In this document: one piece after another, positions 53,801-62,464 of the stretch
How positions within the stretch are numbered: position 1 is the first letter of the stretch
Layout: each line of letters begins with the position of its first letter
NCBI GenBank assembly: GCA_041937175.2
Contig: CP166615.1
Span: 32,001 to 96,000 of the forward strand
Source: Limnothrix sp. BL-A-16
GTDB taxonomy: Bacteria; Cyanobacteriota; Cyanobacteriia; CACIAM-69d
Direction of reading: 5' to 3'
DNA length: 64,000 nucleotides
Notes under the pieces: generated by a model
Told to the model about the DNA's origin: nothing
The model's input: only the letters and a program-made list of their open reading frames with translations
Databases searched by the model: none
Position numbers and translations under genes: made by a program

Positions 53801-54159
53801 CCGCACCCCAGCGACTCCGCCCGATCCTGATGACCACGATCACCACGGTTTTGGGAATGTTGCCCATGGCCCTAGGGATGGGAGCCGGGGGAGAATTTCT
53901 GCAACCCTTGGGGATTGTGGTGTTTTCGGGGTTGTCTCTGGCCACGTTGCTGACCCTATTCTTGATCCCCTGCCTCTATGTGTTGATGCATGAGTGGGTC
54001 ACCTGGCCAGCAGCCTGGCTGAGCCGCCGACCCCGGGCGATCGCCCCGGTGATGGAAGGGCCCCTTGATGGCGAGCCAGAATTGGATCCGGTGACGGTTT
54101 CGATCGAACCGTCCGAGGCCGCCACAGCCGGAGACCGGCCGCCGGACTATACCCGTTAA
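50863..54159 (+). CDS. RND efflux permease (AcrB/AcrD/AcrF family)
   Basis: GIVVDNSIV, GIVVNNAI and RLRPILMTT; about 1100 aa. Confidence 0.95.
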   Translation: MFDSRPTGFSLSALSIRRHIATLMLAVAAIVLGGFFVSTMQVDLLPSITYPRIGLRADAPGVSPEVAIDEITRPLEEALSATEGVVQVYSQTREGSISLDLYFQPGGNLDQALNDATAAFNRARGRLPDAVENARLFKFDPSQLPVYELAVTSPTQSPAQLRVFADEELSRELNVVDGVASVDVSGGVEEEVRITLDLQRLQAIGLDLQTVLDGLSDRNQDISGGRIYAPDGEPLTRATGRFRSAAELAQLPFVVRNGNGSAPTQTVTLSDFATVVDGTAEQRVEVRLNGQPSVKLSVQKQPDANSIAVVAAVKQRLQELAANGTIPGDVTLLPTLDESVFIQNAVSNVMSSGLMGTGLAAFAVFIFLGSLRQTLIVSISIPLATLAAVILMRFWGLTINVFSLGGLALGVGIVVDNSIVMMEAIVEGTRTNGREVEPAEVVDRAIASSQAVESALLASTSTNLVAVLPFLFIGGFIALLFNELILTISFAVAASILVAATVVPSMAARLLAVRWSSGVGRWWPLRAFDRWMDGVMVNYGRLLGGLMRVRLLVVLVIATALTVSSLSVIGYIPQEILPRIATGQAQLVAIFPPSTTLETNRQVMERVDQILRQQPETEYAFTTIGGSLFGSNTNENPLRSTSTITLKPGADVEAYVERVNGQLRKLNLVDIRLRLRPGEVRGLILNNSPVRGAELDVILQGNDPAALARAGRQVLTALDEQATLAAFRPDGDRPQPEVQIRPDPTRLADLDLDITDIGQAIETAIQGSVPTQLQRGNRLVDVRVRLDRAAISNPSQLLDLPLFAGADRLVRLGEVASLDNAQAPSEIQRINQRSVFLVAGNLNPGASLSDALAEVDQILSKLELPAGVTRLPSPAAESNRQIQGALPLLGGLAAFLVFVVMAVQYNSLIDPLVIMFAIPLAVAGGILGLYWTQTAIGATVVVGAVLLVGIVVNNAIIMVELANQLREQYQLTRKAAIVQAAPQRLRPILMTTITTVLGMLPMALGMGAGGEFLQPLGIVVFSGLSLATLLTLFLIPCLYVLMHEWVTWPAAWLSRRPRAIAPVMEGPLDGEPELDPVTVSIEPSEAATAGDRPPDYTR

Positions 54160-54208
54160 ACTCAGAGATCAACGGCGATTGCAACAGCATTCTCTGGAGA
54201 TCTCGTCT

Positions 54209-55969
54209 ATGCCCACTTCCCTGCGCCGATCGCCCCCACTGCGATTTGGCCAGGCCCAGTCGATCGGGGCCGCTGCCACTGCGGCCCTGATTGTGCTTGT
54301 GGCAACCAGCGTGCTGGTCGGTTCCGAAAACCGCCAATTTCGCAGCCAGGAACGGGCCGCGGTACTCAGCAAACTCAGCACGGTTCGCGCCAAGCTCGAA
54401 GGCTATATCAACTCCCAACTGCTGCTGGCCGAGTCCTTGGCGGCCTATGTGGCCGCCAACCCCCAAGTAACCCAGGCGGAATTTGCCCGCATGGGTACGG
54501 TGCTGCTGGAAAAAAACAGCGGCATCCGCAGTGTCAACTTGGCTAAGAACTCTGTCATTAGCCATATTTACCCCTTACGGGGGAATGAGTTGGCCTTGGG
54601 ATTGAACTTGGTGGCCAAACCGGAGCAACGGGCCGCCGTGGAACGCGCCATTCAACAAAAGCGCTCCACCATTGCCGGCCCCGTGAAGTTGGTGCAAGGG
54701 GGAGTCGCTTTCATTAACCGCACCCCGGCTTTTGTGGTGGATCAACCGGGTTTGAACCCGTCACCGACCTACTGGGGGCTAGCCAGTGTGGTGGTGGATG
54801 AAATGGCGATCTATGAAGCGGCGGATTTGCCGAAAGTGAGCCAAGATTTGGCGCTTACCATTCGGGGCAAGGACGGCCTGGGAGAGCGGGGCGATGTGTT
54901 TTGGGGGCAGGCTCAGGTTTTTCAGCAGGATCCGGTGTTGGTGGGGGTGGCGATTCCCAATGGCACTTGGCAGTTGGCGGCAACTCCCCGATCGGGCTGG
55001 CGCGATCGATCCCCGATCGCGGGGGGGATTTGGCTGCTGGGCGGTGCGCTGTCGATCGGGGTGGGGGCGGTGGTTTGGAAGCTGATGGGCGAACCGACCC
55101 GCCTGCAACGGGCCGTTGACCAAGCCACGGCGGAGTTGCAAACGGCCCTACAGGATTTGCGCCAGGAAATGGACAACCGCCAGCAGGTGGAAGCGGCCTT
55201 GAGCAACAGCCAATTAGCCTTAACCAAAACCCAAGCGGAGTTAGAAATTGCCCATCGCTTACACAAAATGCTGCTGCCGCCCAAGAGCGAATTGGCGGCG
55301 ATCGAACCGTTAGAAATTGCCAGCTTCACGGCGGCAGCGGCGGAAGTGAGCGGTGATTATTACGATGTGATTTGTCAGGGCGATCACATCAAAATTGGCA
55401 TCGGTGATGTGACGGGCCATGGCCTAGAAAGCGGCCTCTTAATGCTGATGATTCAAATGGCAGCTCGCACCCTGCTGGCGGCCTGCGAGCACAACTCAGC
55501 CCGCTTTTTAAACACGATTAACCGTGCAATTTATGAAAATTTACAACGCATGAATTTGCACAAACATGCCACCTTGGCGCTGCTGGATTATCAAGGGGGG
55601 CGGCTGTGTTTAACGGGGCAACATGAGGAGGTGATTGTGGTCCGATCAAGCGGCACGATCGAACGATTTGACACGATGGATTTGGGCTTCCCGATCGGGA
55701 TTGAGCCGGATATTGCCCATTGGGTGCAGAAGGCCACCCTGGAACTTCAAGCGGGTGATGTGGTGGTGCTTTACACGGATGGCATCACGGAAGCCCAGGG
55801 CGATCGACAGACAGCCTACGGATTAGAGCGGCTTTGTTGGGTGGCTTGTCAGCAGCGCGATCGCCCAGCGGCCGAGATTTTGGAGGCGATTGTTGCTGAT
55901 TTACGAAGTCACCTCAATCACCAACAGCCTGAGGATGATATGACCCTGTTGGTGCTGAAGCAACGTTAG
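54209..55969 (+). CDS. CHASE-domain sensor with SpoIIE/RsbU phosphatase
   Basis: GPVKLVQGG CHASE motif between TM helices; SGDYYD, GDVTGHG, LYTDGITEA and DDMTL. Confidence 0.9.
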   Translation: MPTSLRRSPPLRFGQAQSIGAAATAALIVLVATSVLVGSENRQFRSQERAAVLSKLSTVRAKLEGYINSQLLLAESLAAYVAANPQVTQAEFARMGTVLLEKNSGIRSVNLAKNSVISHIYPLRGNELALGLNLVAKPEQRAAVERAIQQKRSTIAGPVKLVQGGVAFINRTPAFVVDQPGLNPSPTYWGLASVVVDEMAIYEAADLPKVSQDLALTIRGKDGLGERGDVFWGQAQVFQQDPVLVGVAIPNGTWQLAATPRSGWRDRSPIAGGIWLLGGALSIGVGAVVWKLMGEPTRLQRAVDQATAELQTALQDLRQEMDNRQQVEAALSNSQLALTKTQAELEIAHRLHKMLLPPKSELAAIEPLEIASFTAAAAEVSGDYYDVICQGDHIKIGIGDVTGHGLESGLLMLMIQMAARTLLAACEHNSARFLNTINRAIYENLQRMNLHKHATLALLDYQGGRLCLTGQHEEVIVVRSSGTIERFDTMDLGFPIGIEPDIAHWVQKATLELQAGDVVVLYTDGITEAQGDRQTAYGLERLCWVACQQRDRPAAEILEAIVADLRSHLNHQQPEDDMTLLVLKQR

Positions 55970-56004
55970 GATTCCTGTTAACAATCCAAACCCAAAATTC
56001 AGTC

Positions 56005-57150
56005 CTAAAAATCTACACCGCGCTTCAGATCCATGCCTTTTTCCGCATAGTGCTTGTGGCAAATCATCTCAGAATAAACGCTGGCTAGATTGAAGTAGGC
56101 CGGTGGATTCAGGCAACGGCCCGTGATGATAATTTCAGTGTCTTTGGGTTTGCGTAATAGGTCACGGGCGATCGCCTCCCCATCGAGCAATTCCAAATCA
56201 ACGGTGGGGTTGAGTTCATCCAGGACGATCGTTTTATATAACCCCGAGGCGATCGCCGCGCGGGCCAGTTCCCAACCGCGTTCTGCTTCGATGTAGTCCA
56301 GTTCCTGTTGCTGACCGCGCCAGACGATCGCATCGCGCCCAAACCGCAGATGATCCACCAGGCTGGGATAGCTCTGTTGCAGAGCGGCGATCGCGGCATC
56401 TTCGGTGTAGCCGCTGCCCCCTTTCAGCCATTGGGCAATCAGCACCCGGTGAGAGCTGTCCCGGCCAATGCCCCGTCCGATCGCCTGGAGCGCTTTGCCG
56501 AGGGCGCTGGTGGATTTGCCCTTGCCCGCGCCCGTGTAAATTTCAATGCCTTCAATGCCTTCCAAGTTCAGGTTGGGATCTAATTCCCGAGGGCGCATTT
56601 CCGAGTGCAAATCGGCAATGTCTAGCAGGGCCGTGGGGGCACTGCGGCCCGTGGCAATAATTTCCAACTCCGATGGCTTGTTTTTCAGGGTGCTGATCAC
56701 CTCGTCAAGATCCAGTAACCCCAAGTCCAAAACGGGGTTAATTTCATCCAACACAACGACGGAATATAGCCCCGAGGCGATCGCCCCTTTGGCCACGTCC
56801 CAACCCCGCTGGGCTTCCAGGCGATCGAACTTGGTCACACCTTCGGGCCCGAAATATTCCGATCGCCCTGTGCGTACCTGGTCAATCAGGTGGGGAAAGC
56901 CCCGCTGCAAGGCCGCGATCGCTGCGTCTTCGTCGTAGGGGCGATCGGGCCCCTTTAAAAACCGCAACAGTAAAACTCGGGTTTGCCAGTCGCTGTGGAT
57001 ACCCAAGCCAATCGATCGCAACACAACGCCCAAGGCCGCTTGCGATTTGCCTTTACCCGCGCCATCGTAGACGTGGATTTGCCCCAATTCCCGATCGTCG
57101 CGGGTCTGGGCTGTGCGAATACCAATGCCGTTTCGTGGTGCGGTTCTCAT
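56005..57150 (-). CDS. cobO: Cob(I)yrinic acid a,c-diamide adenosyltransferase (duplicated-domain cyanobacterial form)
   Basis: Two Y.GAGKGKS and two VLDE.N motifs; ends GVDF. Confidence 0.9.
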   Translation of the reverse strand: MRTAPRNGIGIRTAQTRDDRELGQIHVYDGAGKGKSQAALGVVLRSIGLGIHSDWQTRVLLLRFLKGPDRPYDEDAAIAALQRGFPHLIDQVRTGRSEYFGPEGVTKFDRLEAQRGWDVAKGAIASGLYSVVVLDEINPVLDLGLLDLDEVISTLKNKPSELEIIATGRSAPTALLDIADLHSEMRPRELDPNLNLEGIEGIEIYTGAGKGKSTSALGKALQAIGRGIGRDSSHRVLIAQWLKGGSGYTEDAAIAALQQSYPSLVDHLRFGRDAIVWRGQQQELDYIEAERGWELARAAIASGLYKTIVLDELNPTVDLELLDGEAIARDLLRKPKDTEIIITGRCLNPPAYFNLASVYSEMICHKHYAEKGMDLKRGVDF

Positions 57151-57269
57151 GCCGATGCTACAAACGTTGCTGAAGGTTACTGAAAAACCGGAATCTGAGC
57201 CATTGCTCAGGGGCCTGTGTCTGGTGCCGCTTGAGTCGTCAATGGGATAGGGAACAAGGCATCGCCCTA

Positions 57270-57397
57270 GGGCCTGTCGTGATCAGGCGGAAACGATTGA
57301 TTTTCCATGTCCCAGTCGTCGTAACAAGGGGCTTAAGCCCCTTTCCACGATCTGCTAACGGTGGCATCAGGGCTTCAGGTGATTTGACGACACGCCC
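57270..57397 (-). mobile_element. MITE copy E (reverse complement of copy A)
   Basis: Near-identical to 20058-20195 apart from a ~10-bp deletion next to one TIR; TA (CTAG) on both sides. Confidence 0.85.
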
Positions 57398-57625
57398 TAG
57401 GCTCCGGCTGCCGCTTTTCCCGCAGCGCCAGCGATGCAAACTGCCAGGCCATAATCCCAATGCCGCGCCCTCAGGATCTTAGACCGAAGCGCCCAGACCC
57501 GATCGCCCCGATCAGTTCGATCGGGATCCAACCACCCCCGATCGCTGAGAAGCTAGCCCGGTAAAATCAGCATTAACCGACCCCAACTCCCATCCTGCAA
57601 ACCCTGACAACCCCCGATCGCCCCT

Positions 57626-58207
57626 ATGCCTCTGATCTTGCCTTTGCCCACCGTTATTTTTCAGATTCTGTTTCTGTTCATCGCGATCGCCAGTGAAGCG
57701 GTGATCTTCAATCGGCTGGCGGGCATGAACCAGCGCCGCAGTGTGGAATATGCCGCCGCCATGGAACTGCTGGTGCTGTGCATGGGATGGGCTTGTTTCT
57801 TCACGGCCTATGAATTGTTTCCGCCTGCGATTCAAAACGATTTACAAGCGCTGATCTTGCAAGGCGTTTGGTCGAGTGAGCTAAATAATTGGTTATTAAT
57901 TGTTGTCCCGATCGTCTTTTTCCTGATCTTTGAACTGAAGTCGATCGCCGTTCAATTCCTAGACTTAATCTTGAAATATCCTGCCCCCGGTGCTGATTTA
58001 GGCATTCCGGAAGAGCCGGAAACCGAAACAACCCCCACCCTCACCATCACCATGCGCAAGCAGCTTCAGAGCTTTTTTCAGCGCTACCAATCCATTCAAA
58101 GTGAATTGGCCAAGAAAACAATTTTTTGGGGACATATTGCCAGCACCGGCATTGGCGCTTTGGTGATTGCCATTCAAAGTATTCTCTTCGCCCTTCGTCA
58201 GGCTTAG
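57626..58207 (+). CDS. fraC: Filament integrity protein FraC
   Basis: LPLPTVIFQILFLFIAIASEA...RRSVEYA...GW..F N-terminus; first gene of a fraC-fraD-fraE order. Confidence 0.8.
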   Translation: MPLILPLPTVIFQILFLFIAIASEAVIFNRLAGMNQRRSVEYAAAMELLVLCMGWACFFTAYELFPPAIQNDLQALILQGVWSSELNNWLLIVVPIVFFLIFELKSIAVQFLDLILKYPAPGADLGIPEEPETETTPTLTITMRKQLQSFFQRYQSIQSELAKKTIFWGHIASTGIGALVIAIQSILFALRQA

Positions 58208-58270
58208 GGTAATTCATCGAGTTCAAAGACAACCGTAAGTCCACCGTAATTTATAGGAAATTGACAGGCA

Positions 58271-58867
58271 ATGCTCAAAGAAATCAGCAGTGATTTTTGG
58301 AAAATTGTCCAACCCAGAAAAGCCTTTTCCTGGCAAACCTTGCTCTGGGTTAGCATTGGCTTTTTAATCTTGTCTGTGATGGCCCGCTTGGGAGCGAATA
58401 ACCTGGAGTTGCAGCGTACCTTTTCGGGGTTTAGTGCCTTGATGTTGGCCCTGTCTGGGGTGGTTTGGTCGATCGAACAAAAGCCAATTCAAATTCGAGG
58501 CGTTTCCCTCGGCCCTTGGATGGCCGGAGCCTTGTGCTCCCTGTTGCTCTATCGGTTCTTGGCGGATCCCAGCAGCGATCGCACCGATGCCCTGTACCTA
58601 GCTTGCTTAACCTTTCCGCTCAGTTCAATTACCATCAAAATTGTCCAAGACTTTCTCAGCAAGCCCACGGATTCTCGCTACAAAGTGCCAATCAAAGAGC
58701 GCATTCCTTTGGCCATGTGGTTGCTGGGACACTTTTTGCTAGCCTTTTGGATTCGGTTTGCTTTCATGATCCAATCCTGGATTGATCAGCATCCGGCCTT
58801 GAATAACAATGATGTCCGAGCCTATGCGGCGAGTATGTTTGTTTGGCCAGTCGATCTGTTCCAATAG
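58271..58867 (+). CDS. fraD: FraD/DUF5357-like septal membrane protein (short form)
   Basis: P.KAFSWQTL, SLGPWMAGAL and WIRFAFMIQSWIDQHPAL; follows fraC. Confidence 0.7.
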   Translation: MLKEISSDFWKIVQPRKAFSWQTLLWVSIGFLILSVMARLGANNLELQRTFSGFSALMLALSGVVWSIEQKPIQIRGVSLGPWMAGALCSLLLYRFLADPSSDRTDALYLACLTFPLSSITIKIVQDFLSKPTDSRYKVPIKERIPLAMWLLGHFLLAFWIRFAFMIQSWIDQHPALNNNDVRAYAASMFVWPVDLFQ

Positions 58868-59014
58868 CTCTGCTCCAATAGTGTTGATGGGGCTAATGAG
58901 CATTACTAATGATCATTAACAGAATCAAGGGTCAAGCGGTTTGGAATTAATCAGCATTGGATTGATCAAGGTCAAGTTTGTTAGCCTTGAATCTTCGTCT
59001 TGAATTCATTGGCT

Positions 59015-59070
59015 CTGGATTAGTTGATGTTGGATTAGTTGATGTTGGATTAGTTGGTGTTGGATTAATC
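59015..59070. repeat. 15-bp tandem repeat GGATTAGTTGATGTT x3
   Basis: Read directly in the fraD-fraE spacer. Confidence 0.8.
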
Positions 59071-59123
59071 GGCTTTGCCCTTTCTATCTTGTAGTCACGT
59101 TGCGTTCAGAATTCGTCAGGAAC

Positions 59124-59942
59124 ATGGGTCAATTAACAGGTTGGCGAGCATTCTTGGCTGGGTTCAGTGGCCAGCGAATTTGGGCGATCGCCCACAATGC
59201 TTTTTTGGAGGCTTGGCGCGCCAAAATCGGCTATTTACTTTTGGTCTATGCCGTAGCCCTGGTGCTGGCGATCGCCCTAGTGCCCTTAATTTCCGCTGGT
59301 GATTCCGCTGGCAAAATCGTGCTCGATGGCTGTTTGGCCGCCACCAGTCTGCTGGGACTGTTGGTGACAATTTTGGTGGGCACAAGGCTGATCGATCGCG
59401 AAATTGAACGCCGCACCATTCTGCTCGCGATCGCCAAACCCCTCAGCCGCACAGAATTCATGCTGGGCAAACACTTGGGTCTGTCGATGTTGTTGGCGGC
59501 TTGGGTCACGGGGGCCACGCTGGTGCAAACGGTGGGCCTGTGGCTGTGGGGACGGGCCAGCTTTGAACTCAGCGCCATGGTGTTGACGGCCCTGTTTGCT
59601 TGGTTGGAACTGGTGTTGATTGCGGCGGTGACCCTGTTGCTGGGATCCTTCACCAGCCCCCTGCTGGCGGTTGTGCTGACCCTGGCGATTTACCTGATGG
59701 GCCACATCAGCCGCAACCTGCTGACGATCGGGATTCAGCTTCAAGATCCCCTGATGCAGCGGCTGACAGAAATTCTCTATCTAATCCTGCCGGATTTGGA
59801 GCGGTTTAACCTCAAAAACCTCGCCGTGTATGGCCTGATTCCCGAAGGGCATCTGTTGATCGGTGATGCGGTGTATGGGGTTTTATACGCTGTGCTGCTG
59901 TTGTGTGGGGCAATTTTTGCCTTTTCGCGCCGAGAGTTTTAA
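59124..59942 (+). CDS. fraE: ABC-2-type permease, FraE-like
   Basis: IAHNAFLE, EIERRTI...AKPLSR.EF.LGK, LPDLERFNLKN and FSRREF; third in the fra cluster. Confidence 0.75.
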   Translation: MGQLTGWRAFLAGFSGQRIWAIAHNAFLEAWRAKIGYLLLVYAVALVLAIALVPLISAGDSAGKIVLDGCLAATSLLGLLVTILVGTRLIDREIERRTILLAIAKPLSRTEFMLGKHLGLSMLLAAWVTGATLVQTVGLWLWGRASFELSAMVLTALFAWLELVLIAAVTLLLGSFTSPLLAVVLTLAIYLMGHISRNLLTIGIQLQDPLMQRLTEILYLILPDLERFNLKNLAVYGLIPEGHLLIGDAVYGVLYAVLLLCGAIFAFSRREF

Positions 59943-60258
59943 GAGGATGTCTGAGCAGTGGCTGGGGGAGCTTGCAAAGGTGCTAGTAGCCTTAGGAACA
60001 AGGGGCTTAAGCCCCTTGTCTGCGTTGATCAATCCAACTCACCAGGCGACAATTTGAGCTTTTCAGATATCCTCTAGCGGCCATCCTCCAGCTCAGGAGG
60101 CGATCGCCTATTCAACACATCCCCACGCGAATCGCCAATATACGCATACAGGACGAGAGACCTCGAGTTTTTCAAGAATCTCCCCTAAATCGATTGGAAA
60201 TGTGTACTTTCGGGAACCCTTTGGCTTATCCTGAAAACGACTTCGTTGCAAAATCCCT

Positions 60259-61104
60259 ATGACCGCCAACGCAACTTCCCGCCGTCCGCATCGCCGCTGG
60301 GCCTGGCCCCAGAACCTCTCCATTCCCTGGCAGGTGACGATCGGCTACATGTTGCTGCTGTTGCTGTTGCCCTTTGCGGCCATGTTCAGCAAAGCCAGCA
60401 CCCTCCCGATCGAGAGCTTCTGGGAAACGGCCACCGCCCCGATCGCCCTGGCCACCTACCAAGCCACCTTTTTAACGGCTTTTTTGGCCGCTGCGGTCAA
60501 TGGTCTGGCGGGGTTTATCGTTGCCTGGGTGCTGGAGCGCTACCAATTTCCCGGTAAGCGGCTGCTGGATGCGGCGATCGACCTGCCCTTCGCCCTGCCC
60601 ACCGCCGTCGCTGGCCTGACCCTGGCGACGGTTTACAGCGAAACGGGTTGGCTTGGCTCCCTGTTGGCTCCCTTCAAAATCCGCGTTTCCTTCACTATCA
60701 CTGGGGTTTGGGTAGCTATGCTCTTCATTTCCCTGCCCTTTGTGGTGCGCACTTTGCAGCCCGTGATTCGGGAAATTGAATCGGAACTGGAAGAAGCGGC
60801 CTGGAGCTTGGGGGCTTCCCCTTGGCAAACCTTCACCCGAGTGCTGTTGCCGCCCCTGTTGCCCGCCACCATCACAGGGGTAGCCCTGGGATTTGCCCGA
60901 TCGGTGGGGGAATTCGGCTCAGTAGTGCTGATTGCCAGCAACGTGCCTTTCCAAGATTTGGTCGCTTCCGTCTTGATTTTCCAAAAGCTGGAACAGTACG
61001 ACATCGAAGGAGCCACCGTCATTGGCACCACCATGCTGCTAATTTCCCTGGTCATGTTGTTGATCATTAACTTGCTGCAAGCTTGGGGTCGCCGCTACGA
61101 CTAG
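60259..61104 (+). CDS. cysT: Sulfate ABC transporter permease CysT
   Basis: DLPFALPTAVAGLTL, LPFVVRTLQP and FARSVGEFGS. Confidence 0.94.
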   Translation: MTANATSRRPHRRWAWPQNLSIPWQVTIGYMLLLLLLPFAAMFSKASTLPIESFWETATAPIALATYQATFLTAFLAAAVNGLAGFIVAWVLERYQFPGKRLLDAAIDLPFALPTAVAGLTLATVYSETGWLGSLLAPFKIRVSFTITGVWVAMLFISLPFVVRTLQPVIREIESELEEAAWSLGASPWQTFTRVLLPPLLPATITGVALGFARSVGEFGSVVLIASNVPFQDLVASVLIFQKLEQYDIEGATVIGTTMLLISLVMLLIINLLQAWGRRYD

Positions 61105-61249
61105 TTTTTTCCCAATGGAAGCGACCGCCGCAACCATCGCTCGCAGCCCTTCCACGATTAATCGTTAAAAGTGCGTCGCGCCTGCTGCCACCAGCCGCAC
61201 GCCACTCCTTCGTCAATCCACCTTTGCGAACTTTTCCCCGTCGGTCACC

Positions 61250-62116
61250 ATGGCTTCGACCCCTCTGAATCCCCCCAACGCTCCCCAGTCCTTGCCCCAA
61301 AAAAAACTCAAAGTTGATTGGGTGAAACTAGCTCTCATTTTGGGAGTTGCCGCCTACCTGCTGTTGGTGCTGGTGATTCCCCTGTTGAATGTGATTTACC
61401 AAGCACTCGCGGGCGGTTTCCCGGGGTTTTGGGCTGCGCTGCAAGAGAGCGACTTTCAAAAAGCCGTTCTGCTGACGTTGTTGATTGCGGTGATTGTGGT
61501 TCCTTTGAACACGGTTTTTGGGCTTTGTGCAGCTTGGGCCTTGACTCGGCGTAACTTTCCCGGCCGGGCCTTTTTGTTAAGCGTGATTGACCTGCCCTTT
61601 TCCGTGCCGTCGGTGGTGGCGGGGTTAATGTTAGTGCTGCTCTATGGGCGGGAAGGTTGGTTTGGCCCCTTGCTCCAAGAGTGGGATGTCAAGATCATCT
61701 TTGCGGTTCCGGGAATCGTTTTGGCTTCGGCCTTTGTGACCATGCCCTTTGTGGTGCGGGAAGTGTTGCCGGTGCTGGAGGATTTGGGCAAAGACCAAGA
61801 GGAAGCCGCCCGCACCTTGGGCGCGAATGAGTGGCAAATTTTTTGGCGAGTGACGCTGCCATCCATTCGCTGGAGCGTGATGTATGGGGTGATTTTGACC
61901 AATGCTCGCACCATGGGCGAGTTTGGGGCGGTGGCGGTGGTTTCCGGCAGCATTGCGGGCAAAACGCAGACTTTGCCGCTGTATGTGGAGGAAGCCTATA
62001 AGCAATATCAGACCCAAGCGTCCTATACGGCGGCGTTGCTGTTGGCTTGCTTGGCGTTGGTGACGTTGGTGCTGAAAACGGTGCTGGAGCGGCAAACTCA
62101 AACAGGGGATGAGTAG
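61250..62116 (+). CDS. cysW: Sulfate ABC transporter permease CysW
   Basis: IDLPFSV..VVAG, PFVVREV.P, ARTMGEFGAV and TLPL.VE. Confidence 0.94.
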   Translation: MASTPLNPPNAPQSLPQKKLKVDWVKLALILGVAAYLLLVLVIPLLNVIYQALAGGFPGFWAALQESDFQKAVLLTLLIAVIVVPLNTVFGLCAAWALTRRNFPGRAFLLSVIDLPFSVPSVVAGLMLVLLYGREGWFGPLLQEWDVKIIFAVPGIVLASAFVTMPFVVREVLPVLEDLGKDQEEAARTLGANEWQIFWRVTLPSIRWSVMYGVILTNARTMGEFGAVAVVSGSIAGKTQTLPLYVEEAYKQYQTQASYTAALLLACLALVTLVLKTVLERQTQTGDE

Positions 62117-62169
62117 CCGATCGAGCCGATCGCCCCGAGCCGCCATGGGAGAACAGCCTTGAGCCATCC

Positions 62170-62325
62170 CTAGCCGAATTTTTTCTTGGCGGCTTCGTAA
62201 ACTTCAACGGTGATGGTGGTTTCACCGGCTTCTTGGGCAAATTTCTCGATCTTTTTGCGGGCGGCGGGCCGGACAAAAAACGGAATTTCTTTGAGCTTGG
62301 CTTCGGCTTCGGGAGTCCAGTTCAT
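62170..62325 (-). CDS. Stand-alone PCP_red (ChlB C-terminal-like) small protein
   Basis: MNWTPEAEAKLKEIPFFVRPAARKKIEKFA...IT.E. Confidence 0.85.
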   Translation of the reverse strand: MNWTPEAEAKLKEIPFFVRPAARKKIEKFAQEAGETTITVEVYEAAKKKFG

Positions 62326-62464
62326 AACTAAGCAAATCAGTAAGCAAATCAAGACCAGCAAATTAACAAGATTACCCTGAGGGCAAGGGGATTCACGGCC
62401 GGCCAAGCGATCGCCACCCGGAACAGCGGCAACTGAGGGCGGTGGCAACCGGGCCAGTTGGCTC

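Noticed and set aside
56005..57150. Internally duplicated CobO
   Set aside because: The two-domain form is the usual cyanobacterial architecture.
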